Assembly: GCF_009834535.1 (NCBI RefSeq)
Contig: NC_045696.1
Span: 116,500,001 to 116,564,000, forward strand
DNA: 64,000 nt
Direction of reading: 5' to 3'
Origin: Camelus ferus
Lineage: Eukaryota
Part shown: piece after piece, positions 12,105 through 24,616 of the stretch
Layout of the letters: every line of letters begins with the position of its first letter
How positions within the stretch are numbered: the stretch's first letter is position 1
Program-made: the position numbers and the translations under genes
Notes under the pieces: generated by a model
Databases searched by the model: none
Told to the model about the DNA's origin: nothing
Seen by the model: the letters and a program-made list of their open reading frames with translations, nothing else

Positions 12105-12350
12105 TTATTATAGTTTACATTTATTAAGTTCTACTTTGTTCAGAACTCCATATTGAGCATTCTGTATTGTGTTATTTTATGTCATCCTTTCACCATCCAA
12201 TTAACTAGGCATAACTGTTCTCACTTCTGATGGGGAAATGGAAGCTCCAAGATCTTACCAAAGACCACACAGCTTGAAGTGGTGCAGATAAAATTCAATT
12301 TTTTTTTTTTTTTTACCTATTTTGGATCTTGTGTTCTTAACCACTGTATA
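12105..12350 (-). mobile_element. MIR SINE
   Basis: tttacatttattaagttctactttg...gatggggaaatggaagctc...accaaagaccacacagct...cttaaccactgta. Confidence 0.65.
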
Positions 12351-12489
12351 CAAATGCCTCCCCATTACAACATTCTCGTCTTCTGAAAACAGACCCACAC
12401 TGGCATGGCTAAAATAATTGCTCTGCGTAAGACTATTCTGTTGCTTAGTGCCCTTATATAAGTTCCTGTTGACTGAGGATTCCGGGGCA

Positions 12490-12660
12490 GAAGGAATACT
12501 GGCTTTGGAGACATACAGCTTTAGGTTAGTCAGGCATCACTTTCTGGTTGTGAGACTTTGTGTGAGACTCAAGCTCTGAGTCTCAATTTGCTCATCAATT
12601 CCTGTGAAGATCACAGGAGATGCTTGAAAGCCCTAGAAGAGCTCACTTTATGGAGACTGG
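12490..12660 (+). mobile_element. MIR SINE
   Basis: aatactggctttggagacatacagc...ctctgagtctcaatttgctcatc. Confidence 0.55.
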
Positions 12661-14009
12661 ACCCCAGCACACGTCAGCACTGCCTCCACTTTCCCTTCTC
12701 CATCTCCCACTACAGCTCGCTGTGAGTGCGCTTTCCCCTCTCCCTCCTATCATCTCTCCTCCATGCTGTACAGTCAAGGTTACATCTATATCCATACATC
12801 CCAGGTCTCCTCATTTAGCATTTTTTGGGATTTAATTTCTGCTACTTTACCTTCTCCTGTTTACATTTAAAAATACTCAAGCCTGGCTATTACCTTGTGT
12901 TAATTCTCATTGCTTTTTTTTTTTTTTTTTTTTACTGTAAGCTACCTAAAACATTTTCAGAAAGTCGGCAGGGTGTAAACGCTCTGTCTCATCACTTAGT
13001 GTCACAGCCTGTATGGGATTATGAATGCTGTGTGCTGCATGAGCCACGGCACATTTTTGTCATCACTGTGTTGTCAATTTCAATTAAGGCTGAGAACATC
13101 TGATGAATAGATGGGGGTGGCCAGGAGAGGGGAGAGGAGGGTCAGATAGGCTGATGGCCGATTTGGCAGCCTGGCACATTCTTCAAACAAATTTTCAAGG
13201 CTGGTTTAATTACCTTGGCAACTCTCTTTGGAACCCTCTCCAAGTTCCTCACATTAAAGTCTTCTCATCAGCAACAAACCAAATTATCAATGATTAAGAT
13301 GTCATAAACCCCCCAGTTATCCATTGGGCTCATCATATGGATGAACTCGAAGGTTATTACAGTCTGAGATGTCACGCTGATTCTCTGGTTGCCATTGGAA
13401 ACAGTTTAGGTCTCTTAAAAACACTGAATAAGCTCTTCAGGTCAATTCATATTCATATTGTGACTACTGAATACATCAAATTGGATTAAAACATCTTTTA
13501 TAGAGAATTAAAAGGGGCTTCTTGTCAGAAATTGGTACATTATTAGTTGGCACTGGGAGACTTCAATAAAGATACAGATGTTTAGGTTGTATTACTCAAC
13601 TTTATATAGAATTAAATGTAGTTTCAACTTAGTTGAGACTTACGGAATATAAATACAAAAAAGTACATGCATACAGATATTGCCATATCTTCCTTGTGCT
13701 CAAAAATAACCATATGCAAACTGTGATTTTAGGGTCTCTTGAGGGAAGATCCAAACTGGCTATGGTAGTGGCCTTGGGATTACGAGAGAGGTATTGCAAA
13801 ATAAAGCAGAAATGGGAAAATTCCTAGTATTTTATCTGAGGCAAAGCAAAGTGGAAATGGGACAAGGCCTTGGAAATGTGGGCAGGAGACAAGCCTGCTG
13901 GCCCGTTTTGGCTCCAGGGAGTCTTTCCTATCTGGACATCATTTCCTGGCTTCCTAAAAGATCCAGATAGAATGCAGGTGAGTAACAGAGATAAGGAGGT
14001 AGGGGAAAG

Positions 14010-14296
14010 AGATGGTTTATTAGATTGCTGCATCACAACCCACCCCAAAACCTAGTGCCTTAAAACAGTATCATTTATTGTTTAAAATTCTGTGGGTCAG
14101 GAACTCCTGGGAAGACTCAGCAAAGACAGCTTATCTCTGTTGCACACAATGCTGGATGAGCTCACGCACGTGGCTGTGCTCACCTGGGGCTGGGAGATGC
14201 TGTAATGTCCACCAGGGCCCCATTCATACTTTGGGAGCCTTGGTGCTGCCTGTCAGCTGGGTTGCTTCTGTTCACCTCCACTTGGCTCCTTCTCTC
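14010..14296 (-). mobile_element. MaLR LTR (MLT1 family), partial
   Basis: attgctgcatcacaacccaccccaaaacctagtgccttaaaacagtatcatttatt...ctgtgggtcaggaa...ggtgctgcctgtcagctggg. Confidence 0.75.
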
Positions 14297-14740
14297 TTTT
14301 TTAAAAACTGAAGTATACTAGATTTACAATATTATATTAGTTTAAGGTGTACAGTATAGTGGTCCAAGATTTTTACAGATTACACTCCATTTAAGTTATG
14401 ATAAAATATTGGACATATTCCCTGTGCTGTACAGTATATCCCTGTAGCTTATTTATTTTACACATAGTAATTCATACCTCTTAATTACTACCCCTTTCAT
14501 GCCCCTCTCCTGTTCCTCTTCCCACTGGTAACCGCTAGTCTGTTCTCTATATCTATGAGTCTATTTCTCTTTGGTATATTCATTTGTTTGTTTCATTTTT
14601 TTTAGATTCCACATATGAGTAATATTATACAATATTTCTCTTTCTCTGACTTATTTCACTAAGCCTAATACCCTTTGGTCCATCTACATTGTTGGAAATA
14701 CCAAAATTTTCCTCATTTTTATGGCTGAGTAGTATTCCAT

Positions 14741-14781
<41 letters not shown>

Positions 14782-16015
14782 CACATTATCTTTATTCATT
14801 CATCTGTTGATGGACACTTACCTGCTTCTATATTTTGGCTATTAAAAATAATGCTGCTATGAACATTTGAGTGCATGTATCTTTTCAAATTAGTGTTTTC
14901 ATTTTCTTTGGATATATGCCCAGAAGTGGAACTGCTGAGTCATACAGTAGTTTTATTTTTAGTTTTTTGAGGAACTACTATAGTATTTCCCAGAGTGGCT
15001 TCACCAATTTCCATTCCCATCAATAGTGTATGAGGATCCCTTTTCTCCACATCCTCACCGTTTGTTATTTGTGGTCTTTTTATTGATAGTCATTTTGTCT
15101 GGTGTGAGGTGCTATCTCATTGTGGTTTTGATTAGCATTTCTCTGATGATCAGTAATGCTGAATGTCTTTTCATGGGCCTGTTGACCATCTGTATGTCTT
15201 CACTGGAAAAATGTCTATTCAAGACTTCTGCCCATTTTTTAATTGGATTTTTCTTTGATATTTTATATATTTTGGATGTTAGCCTTTTATTGGTTATATC
15301 ATTTGCAAATATTTTCTCCCATTCAGTAGGGTTTTTTTTTAATTGTCAATGATTTCCTTTGCTGTACAAAAGCTATTAAGTTTAATTAGGTCCCATTTGA
15401 TTGTTTTTGTTTTTGTTTCCTTTGCTTTAGTTTATGTTAAATTGTGCTCTGCTATGTTTTCCTCCAGGAGTTTTATGGTTTCCTGTCTTGTATTTCAATA
15501 TTTAATCCATTTTGAGTTTACTTTTGTCTATGGTGTTAGAGAATGTTCTATTTTCATTCTTTTACATGTGGCTATTCAGTTTTCCCAGCACCAATTATTG
15601 AAGAGATTGTCTTTTCTCCATTGTATATTCTTGCCTCCTTTGTCATAGGTTAATTGGCCATAAGTGCATGGGTTTATTTCTGGGTTGTTTATCTTGTTCC
15701 ATTAATTTATGTGTCTGTTTTTGTGCCAGTGCCATACTGTTTTGATCACTGTAGTTTTGTAGTATAGTCTGAAGTCAGGGAGTGTGATTCTCTCAGCTGT
15801 TCTTCTTTCTCAAGATTATTTTGGCTATTTGAGGTCTTTTGTGTTTCCATAAAAATTTACAATTTTTTTGTTCCAGTTCTGTGAAAAATGTTATTCATAA
15901 TTTGATAGGGATTGCATTGAATCTGGGCAGTATGGTCATTTTAACATTAATTCTTCCAATCCAAGAACGCGGTATGTTTCCATCTGTGTCATCTTCAGTT
16001 TCTTTCATCAGTGTC
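14297..16015 (-). mobile_element. 5'-truncated L1 (3' UTR + C-terminal ORF2), degraded
   Basis: Begins ttttaaaaactgaagtata. Contains antisense ORF2 hallmarks (cagttttcccagcaccaattattgaagaga; gtagtatagtctgaagtcaggg). Confidence 0.95.
14745..14780. repeat. (CA)18 microsatellite inside L1
   Basis: Directly visible perfect dinucleotide run. Confidence 0.97.
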
Positions 16016-16016
16016 C

Positions 16017-16383
16017 TTTTTTTTTAACTGAAGTATTGTTGGTTTACCATGTTGTGTTAGTTTCTGGTGTACAGCACAGTGATTCAGAAATATAAATACA
16101 AATATAAATATAAATATAAATATATTCTTTTTCAGATTCTTTTCCATTATAGGTTATTACAAGATATTGAATATAGTTCCCTGTGCTGTACAATAGGACC
16201 TTGTTGTTTATCTACTTTATATATAATGTGTATCTGTCAATCCCAAACTCCTAATTTATCCCTCCCCCTTTGCTAACCATAGGTTTGTTTTCTATGTCTG
16301 TGAATCTCTTTCCTTTTGTAAATAAGTTCTTTGTATCATTTTTTAGATTCCATATTTAAATGATATCATATATTTGATTTGTC
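16017..16383 (-). mobile_element. Second 5'-truncated L1 3' UTR, with an (AAATAT)n stretch
   Basis: tttttaactgaagtattgttgg...ttttagattccatatttaaatgatatcata. The hexamer run at ~16089-16124 produces the KYKYKY pseudo-ORF. Confidence 0.9.
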
Positions 16384-16384
16384 C

Positions 16385-16950
16385 CTGTCCCTGGGGTGTA
16401 GCCATTTTCAGATCCCAACTGAATCCAGGTGAGGGTACTTCCTAGAGCCCTTTCTGGTCTTGAATTCTTATTTTTGCCTCCTTAGCACTTGAGAATGCCC
16501 CCAATTCTTCTTTCTTTGCAGCATCTTTATGTCTAACTTAGATTTTGCCCCATGCAGTGTAAGCATCCAACACATGCCTTGGGTGGAATACCACTACATG
16601 TTAGACTTCTCTCCATTTCTTTTCTCTTCAGGAACCTGGGTGCTCAATTATTAGCTGCCTTAGGAGACCCAAGTTCTAATTTTTCTAACTTTGTCAGAAG
16701 CTTGACTTCTGTAGTTCTCTTCCCAGGTTCTGACGCTGTGCAAAGAATTTGCAAATGCTTCCAAGGTAAACATGGCTTAGTTGGCCTAACCTTTCTGAGA
16801 TCTTGGTTTCTCAAATCTACATACCTTGGTAGCTTTCTGAGATTTCAAAGAGATTGTTTTTTCAGTACTGTATTCAATTTTTCTAATTGTTCTTGGAAGA
16901 AGAGTTGCTTTCCCACAAGCTACTCTTTCATATCAAAAAGGTGAAGTCTC
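16385..16950 (-). mobile_element. Probable very old L1/HAL1 5'-region remnant
   Basis: ggggtgtagccattttcagatcccaact...gcaaatgcttccaaggtaaacatggc resembles L1ME/HAL1 5' consensus; assignment is weak. Confidence 0.35.
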
Positions 16951-17719
16951 TTATGTATTTTTGGCACCTAAATTTTACAATAACATGAATACCTTCTGTA
17001 TTTTATGATTTCTGTGAATTCTTTATTTAAAGGAAGTTATCTTCTATGTATGTGTGTATGTGTTTTTGTGTATGGGGGTGGGGTTCCTGCATATGTGTTT
17101 TCAGTAGTGGAGGCTTTTCTATGAGAACGGTTCATTTTTGGATTTGCTGGAACTCCATTTTTGTACCAGTTTTCATACTGGTTTCTGTGACTGGAGGTTC
17201 TGCACGTGTAGGTGATGCATATTTGATCCTCGCCCATGCTTAGTACAAGATCTAATTTCTCTCAGGATCTGCTTCCACTCGTGGCTTGAGGTGGGTGACT
17301 GAGTAATGCTGCAGTTTCAGACTGGTGGGTTGGGATTTTCTGATCTTTGTTTGCTGAAGATAGATTGTTTTCCTTGTGTCTGGACTCAGTTGATGAAATT
17401 ATAGTTTGGCTCATGTGAACGAAATTGTGCAATAAATCACCATGTGTTAAAAAATAGAGTAACTCCATTGACACTTGAGGAAGCAAATTTAGAGCCATTA
17501 TATGGAAATACTGTTCCTTATAGAAAGTAATAAACCATCAGAACATATTATCCACAAGAGACTGACAGGCTGTCATGAAAATACATGACAGAGTATTTAG
17601 TATAGAAATTAGTGCAAGTGGGGGAAATTGATAATAAATCTAATATACATGAATGTTTCTAGCTTCAAGACTGAACTATATGAAGGGTGTCATTGTTGGA
17701 AGGGGAAGAGAAGGAAAAG

Positions 17720-17870
17720 GAACCTTAATATATTAAGTCCTTACTATCTGCAGGTACTTATACATTTTATTTCATGTACTCCTCAAAACAATCTTATGAG
17801 GTAAAGATTAATTTTCCCTTTTCACTGATGAGGAAAATGTGACTTAGAGAAGCAACTCATTTTAGGCCAC
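17720..17870 (-). mobile_element. MIR SINE
   Basis: cctcaaaacaatcttatgaggtaaag...ttttcactgatgaggaaaatgtgacttagaga. Confidence 0.75.
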
Positions 17871-18029
17871 AGAATTCTTGTAGATGCATCTTTTGTCTAA
17901 ATTAATTCTGGCTTGATAAGTATATATTGAAAGGTAACTGGGGTACAAGGGTGGAAGAAGACAAAGCCCATGACCTTCATAAATGGATGAGATACCCTTT
18001 TGGCCTTTCTTGAAGCACCTGCTCCCCTC

Positions 18030-18155
18030 TGCCATTTTGTTTGTAATAATCTCTTTTAGGTGTCTGTCTCCCACTCTGGGCTGTGAGATCCTAGAGGGTA
18101 GTGGCAGACCCATATCCATCTTTGTATCCCTAGTGCTAAATGAATGAATACACAG
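18030..18155 (+). mobile_element. L2 3' end
   Basis: tgtctgtctcccactctgggctgtgagatcctagagggt...tttgtatccctagtgctaaatgaatgaat. Confidence 0.7.
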
Positions 18156-18724
18156 CAACTGCTAGATCCAATGCTCAGATGGGGGTGAATCTTATAACAA
18201 AGCTGTGCTTGCTGTTCCGTTAATCCAGGGGGCGATGGAAAGAGGAGAAAGTGCTAGGAGAACCTGCCTAATGGAATATGCCAACGATCTGTTCTCCAGT
18301 GCATGAGCTGCACATCCACAGGGATAGGATGAATCAGTGCTCACTTTGATTTTGGAAAGACAGTTGGCTTTGATAATTTACACAAGTAATTTCCCCCTTT
18401 ACACCACATATCATTTACTGAATAACAGGAAATAAAAATAATCCATAGTGATACCAAAGCTATCTTCTCCAATTTCTTGTAGTTGTTTGGCCTTTAAACA
18501 TATTTCTCTTATTATTTAAAGCACAAGGATTTAACCGTTATAAAAATGGCTAAATTCTCCAATCTCCTTTAAAAAGTTTTGCCCACAAATATATCTCTTT
18601 TATTATTAAAAACACAGTCAATGCTAATGGGTGGTTGGTATAGCTTTCCTAGGAAGGTTTGAAATTGCTTTATCAGATTAATTAAGTAAGACTCAGTTTT
18701 TGACAGCTTCTTCAGAAGGCTACG

Positions 18725-19195
18725 GCAATAGATAACATACAGGTGAAGCTGTTAGAACACAGCGGGGCTACATTATGATGGTTTAAAGACTGTGGTTTAT
18801 TTAAGTTTCACATAAGAGATTCATGGTCAGCATCCAGGTGAGGACAGCTCAGTTCCTCACAGTCATTCAAGGATCCACATGTGTTTTTATCTTGTGGGTT
18901 CGTCCACATCCTGGGGCTTTGTCTTCACCTGCAGGGTCAAGCTGAATCTCAGGCACAGTAGACTGGAAAGGAGGGGATGCCTAGGGCAAGAAATCTTTCC
19001 TCACATGTGGGTGAAGCGTAAGGTGAATGCTTTACTTTTTGCTTATGCTGAATTAGTGGTAGCAGGTCAAGGCTACGCTTAGCTTCAAGGGTGGTCAGGC
19101 AATATAGTGTGGATTGGGTAGCTATTGCCTAAACCCTATTACTGCAGAAGAACAGGAGAATGGATTTTGTAAGGCAATTAGCTGTCTCTGCTGCT
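18725..19195 (-). mobile_element. MaLR LTR (MLT1K-like)
   Basis: cacagtcattcaaggatcca...gcttcaagggtggtcaggcaatatagt...aggagaatggattttg...caattagctgtctctgc. Confidence 0.7.
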
Positions 19196-20109
19196 AATGG
19201 TAATGCTGGAAGTGACAGGACAGAAAATGAAGTTTTGGGGTGGGTTCTGGAAAAATCTTTGGTATCTATTATTCATAAATGACTTAATGTGACTAAGCTA
19301 CTTTCAGAAATAGCATGCATTTTAATCCTGAGAAGAGTTTGTTTTGCTTATCCTGAAAAATCTCTATTCCAATTTGGGAAGATAACACAGTACAATTTCC
19401 ATTTCTTTTTTTATGAAATCAATCAGAGATATATTACTTGCCTGTTGCCCAGGTGTCCAGTCAGTTGGTTGTGATTCCAAAGCACAGACACAAGTTTTGC
19501 TTTGCTAAGTGTTAAAGTGATGGCAGATACAAATGACTTTCTGAGCCATTTGGGCTAGGGTATGTGTTTATTTAATAGAGATTTATCAAGTGTTGGTCAC
19601 TGAAGATGAACCTTTTGGCACTGGCTGCTATCAAACATTCTTGCCTGATTATTTTCTATTCTTCAAGTGTTGTATTAAATCTTCTTAAATGTGAGTTGAT
19701 GGAATAGAGCCCTTTTGGGCCCCCTGGTGTAACGAAAGTGGTATTCATATTTTGTCCTAATTTGGACAAATTATCATTGTTGTTAATATTAGCTTGTAGA
19801 CAGAATATATGAAAAGTTAGCTATTTCGGTAAACTGCCAATCAACGTGAATAGAAGATTTTGTTCCATCGGCCCCTTCTCATCCCTCTCCTCTCCCCTGC
19901 TTCACCTGCTGCACCAGCTTCAGATGAGACTTTTTAAGCCAAGTCCATGCTGTGCCATGATGTGGGCTAGGGGTGTTTGGAGGGCATGCTGATAGTGCTG
20001 TTGACAGGACAGACTCAACCATTTCATGGTTGGTCCTGGAGCATTTTGTTATACATAGGGGAATGGATGCTTGTTTACTTTTGTTTTTCAAACTGTTCTG
20101 GCCCCACTG

Positions 20110-20282
20110 GAGCCTTGTGACTTAAGGGGTGGCCTCTGGACCAGCAGCACCAGCATCATCTTGGAGCTTGTTAGAAACTTAAAAGCTGAACCTCTATTTC
20201 AGACCTGCTCAATCAGCATCTGTCTGCTAACCACAGCTCCAGTTGATCTTCCGTACATTTCAGCTTGGGTAGCACTGTACTA
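20110..20282. mobile_element. MER5A (hAT-Charlie MITE)
   Basis: ggaccagcagcaccagcatcatcttggagcttgttagaaa...cagacctgctcaatcagcatct...agcactg. Confidence 0.75.
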
Positions 20283-20474
20283 GAAAATCAGATATCTGAT
20301 GAAGCCCAGTTACCTAGATTTTTATAGGACTTTAATTAGACTATCTCAGATTTACTGCTCCACAGATAGAATATCTCAGTTGACTCTGAGACTTTACAAA
20401 CATCATGGAGCCCCATGGGACATCAGATGATTGCAGTAGCTCCTTTTAGTTTAACCTGCTCTCACAGTTTGAGG

Positions 20475-21420
20475 TGACAAAAATGAAGATACAAACCACA
20501 GTCTGGGAGAAAATATTAACAATATCACATATCTCACAGAGTACTTCTATCCAGAATATGTAATAAATTCTAGAACTCGACAGTAAGAAGCTAAACAATT
20601 CAATAAAACTGTGTAAAAGATTAGTATAGACACCTTACGAAGAAGACATCTGAATGCCAATGAGCACATGAAAGGTGCTAAACATCATGAGTCAGCACGA
20701 AAATACAAAGTAAAGTCACAGTAAGATTTGATTTGCATGCCTACTAGAATGAGTAAAATGAAAAGACTATCAGTAGTAAGTGTTGGAGAGGATGTAGAGC
20801 ACTCATACATTGCTTTCGGGGAGTAAAAAATGGTACAACTTTCTTGGAAAACAGTTTGATAGCTTCTTATAATGTTAAACATATGAGCCACCAATTCTAC
20901 TTCTAGTTATTTATTGAAGAGAAAATATATGTCCAAACAAAGACTTGTACGCATATTAGCCCCAAACTGGAGAAAACTCAACGTTCATCAACAAGTGAAT
21001 GCGTAAAACAACCTGCAGTACATGCATATAATGGACTACTACTCCCCTAGGAAAAGGAATGGACTACTCACATATGCAACAACATGGATGAGTCACAAAA
21101 GCATTATGAAGAAAGAAGTTTTATCCCCAGCTGCATAGTGTATTGTTCCATTTACATCAAATTCTAAAACAAGGAAGCCTCATCTACTGTAGTGGCAGAA
21201 AGCAAGTTATTTGGGGCTGGGGTTTCAGCAGGCTTGACTTAAAATGGGCACAAGGAAACTTTTGGGGGTGACGAAAATGTTCTATGTTTTGATTATCGTG
21301 ACAGTTACAAGTGTGCATATGTGTATAACTTGTCACAACTCATTGAACTGTACACTTAAAATAGGTGCATTTTATTGTATGTAAATCATCAATTGATAAA
21401 GTTGATTAAAAAAAAACCCA
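20475..21420 (+). mobile_element. Ancient L1 (L1ME/L1MC-like), ORF2 end + 3' UTR
   Basis: acaaaccacagtctgggagaaaata...gcacatgaaaggtgct...gcaacaacatggatga...cattgaactgtacacttaaaataggtgcatttt...aagttgattaaaaaaa. Confidence 0.85.
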
Positions 21421-21710
21421 AAACAATCCTATTACTAAGATCCACATCTACCCTCCAGGGAAGTCTAGTATCAGAGCAAGCCCTTATTACTCTAGTATTT
21501 AGCTTCCTTTTCCTTTCTAGCATCTGGAGATTTCCTTCTTTTTCCTGTGAACTTACAAAAAAAGGACAAAAACAAAACCCAGCTCAGAGATGGTTATATT
21601 TTATGTAGCATTTCTAGGCCTTTTTGTCTAGGAAGAATTTAGATTATTTTAGTGCATTGTTTGCTTTCTTAAAAAATATTTTTAACTGGTTGATTTATTT
21701 TAAACTTAGA

Positions 21711-22060
21711 TTTTTAAAAAATTGAAGTACTGTTGTCTTATTGTATTAGTTTCAGGTGTACAACGTAGTGATTGATGCTTAGTGAAATAAGTCAGAGAGA
21801 GAAAGAAAAATACTATGTTTTCACTTAATGTAGAATCTAAAAAAAAGAAGTAAATGAATATAACTAAACAGAAACAGATTCACAGATACAGAGAACAAAC
21901 TCGTGGTTACCACAGGGAAGAGTGGTGGAGGAAGGGGCAAGATAGGTGAAGAGGATTATGAAATATAAACTACTAGGTATAAAATAAATAAGTTACAAGG
22001 ATATAATATACAGCACAGGAAATATAGCCAATATTTTATAACTTTATATGGAGTATAGTC
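21711..22060 (-). mobile_element. L1 3' end with internal inversion (minus 21711-21773; plus 21774-22060)
   Basis: Antisense extreme 3' end is directly joined to a sense piece of the immediately upstream 3' UTR. Confidence 0.85.
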
Positions 22061-22374
22061 CATTTCCATGAGAATTATATAAGTATGTAAGTAATTAAAA
22101 TCTTTCCTTCTCCCTTTACAGCTTTTCAGTAAAATCCAATTTCTTAACTATTTTTTGTGGAGTGCTGAGCCCTGTTTTAATGGTGGGGGTAAAGCCAAAA
22201 TTCTTTGTAAGAAGAAGGATAAGGACCAGTCAGCTGTTGGGGAGCTAAATGCTCAAGTCTTATATCACTCAGGACTCCCCATAGCAGTGCCCTTTTAGAA
22301 CTTTCTAGATGATCTGAAAACAATATACTTTGATGGAGGAGTTTCGCTGCTGCAATTCTTAAAGATCTTCTCTT

Positions 22375-24616
22375 GAGGGGCAGGACAAGATGGTGGAGTA
22401 GGAAGACCTTGAGCTTACAACTTCTCACGGACACACCAATACTACAACTATTTACAGAGCAATTATTGATGAGAAAAACCAAAATCTACCAGAAAAGTTC
22501 CTCTACAACAACAGATATAAAGATGGAACGACACGAGACAGGTAGGAGGGCAGAGTTGCGGTACAGTAAAGCCCCGGGTGGGCGATTCACAAACGGGAAA
22601 ATAATTACAGTTAGAGGCTCTCCCCAAAGAGCAAGGAGTCTGAGCCCCACGTCGGGCTCCCCAGCCTGGAGGTCCTGCAGCAGAAGGATGAGCCCCCAGA
22701 ACATTTGGCTTTTAAGGCCAGTGGGGCTTATTATCAGGAAACCCAGACAGTTGTGGGGAACAGCGACTCCTGTCTTAAAGGGCGCACACAAAATCTCACA
22801 CAGGAAACAGAGCAGAAGCAGCAATCTGAAAGGAGCCTGGGTCAGGCCCACCAGCTGACCTTGGAGAGTCTCCTGAAGAGTAAACTGGAGCTCATACTGG
22901 GAACACAGACACTGGCAGCAGCCAATCTGGGGAGGTTATTCTACCACATGGACACTGGTGCTGGCAAATCCCATTTTGGAACCCCCCCTCTAGCTTATTA
23001 GCCTCAGGACCCAGGCCCACCCTGCCCACCAGCCTGTAGGCACCACTATTAGGACCAGCAGGCCAACACCAACTCTAGGTTACCTGGGACACTGGCCACA
23101 CAACCACCTATCCCAGAAGCCGGGCCTGCCCACTGTTGAGCCAGCACTAGTGCCAGGACCACCTGGAGTTACACTGCCAGCTGCCTTGTGACCCAGCCTC
23201 GCCAACCAGCGACCAACAGCCTCCACACAAGGCAGGGCTTGGCAACCAACTGGACTGGGGGCCAGCCACACCTAGCAGACCACTCACAGTAGCCAGCCCA
23301 GCACAATAGAAGGACATATGCAGCCCACACAGGGGGCACCCCTAGAGCATATATCCCTGGTGACTGGAGAAGCGAGCTTCTGGAATGCATAGGACATCTT
23401 CTACAAAAGCCACTTCTCCAAGGTTGGGAAATAAAACCAACCTATCAGATACATAGAAATAAAAACAGCAAGTTAGGCAAAATGAAGTGACAAACATGTT
23501 CCAAATGAAGGAATAAGATGAAACCACAGAAGAACTAAGTGAAGTGGAAATAGGTAATCTACCTGACAAACAGTTCAAGATAATGATCATCAAGATGATC
23601 AAAGAACTTGAAGGAAGCAAAGATGAACGAAGTGAGAAGTGTGACAAAGAATTAGGAGATATAAACAAGAACCAAACAGAGCTGAAGAATACAATAAATG
23701 ACATGAAAAATACACTAGAAGGAATCTACAGTAGCTTAAATGATACAGAGGAATGAATCAGCAAGCTGGAAGATAGAGTAGCAGAAATCACTGAACAGAA
23801 CACAGGATAAAAAGCAATGAAGACAGTTTAAGAGACCTCTGGGACAACATCAAGTGTATTAACATTCACATTAAAGGGGTCCCAGAAGGAGAAGAGAGAA
23901 AGAAAGGGGCAGAGAACATATTTGAAGACATGATAGCTGAAAACTTCCCTAACCTGGGAAAGGAAACAGACATCCATGTGCAGAAAGCACAGAGAGTCCC
24001 AAACATCAACCCAAAGAGGAACACATCAAGACACACTGTAATTGAAGTGGCAAAAAATTAAGAGAGAATATTAAAAGCAGCAAGAGAAAAGCAAAAGTTA
24101 CCTACTAGGAAACTCCCGTAAGGCTATCAGCTGGCTTTTCAGCAGTAGCTCTGCAGGCCAGAAGGGAGTTGACAACCATATATTGAAGGTGATGAAAGGA
24201 AAGAATCTACAACCAAGAGTACTCTCTACCTGGCAAGCTTTCATTCATGTTTGATGGAGAGAGCAAAAGTTTTACAGACAAGCAAAAGCTAAAAGAATTC
24301 AGGACCACCAAACCAGCTTTGCAAGAAATGTTAAAGGGACTTTTCTAAGTGAAAAAGGAAAAGCCACATCTAGAAACACGAAAATTACAAAAGGAAAAGC
24401 CCATTGGTAAAGGCAAATATACAGTAAAGGTAGTAAAATCAACCACGTACAAAGCTAGTAGGAAGGTTCAAAGACAAAAGCAGAAAAGTCATCTATATCC
24501 ACAATAGGTAGTTAAGGGATTCACAAAACAAAAAGATTCAAAATATGATGTCAAAAACAGTAATTGAGGGAAGGAGGAGAGTAAAAATATAGGGCTGTTA
24601 AAATGCGTTTGAAATC
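22375..24616 (+). mobile_element. L1 5' portion: 5' UTR, decayed ORF1 and inter-ORF spacer; ORF2 absent
   Basis: Starts gaggggcaggacAAGATGGtggagtagg (YY1-like motif at L1 5' ends), just downstream of tt|aaag. GC-rich UTR, then ORF1 remnants. Confidence 0.92.
23482..24348 (+). pseudogene. L1 ORF1p remnant with multiple stops and frameshifts
   Basis: Track ORF 23544-23756 (EIGNLPDKQFKIMIIKMIKEL...ELKNTINDMKNTLEGI) is the ORF1p coiled-coil. C-terminal TTKPALQEMLKGLF* ends at TAA 24346-24348. Confidence 0.85.

Noticed and set aside
18223..18237. CCAGGGGGCG CTCF-like core
   Set aside because: The 5' part of the motif mismatches; a single partial hit is uninformative.
22373..23001. 161-aa, 121-aa and 98-aa overlapping ORFs
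   Set aside because: They lie in the GC-rich L1 5' UTR. Nothing supports calling the antisense one an ORF0 equivalent.
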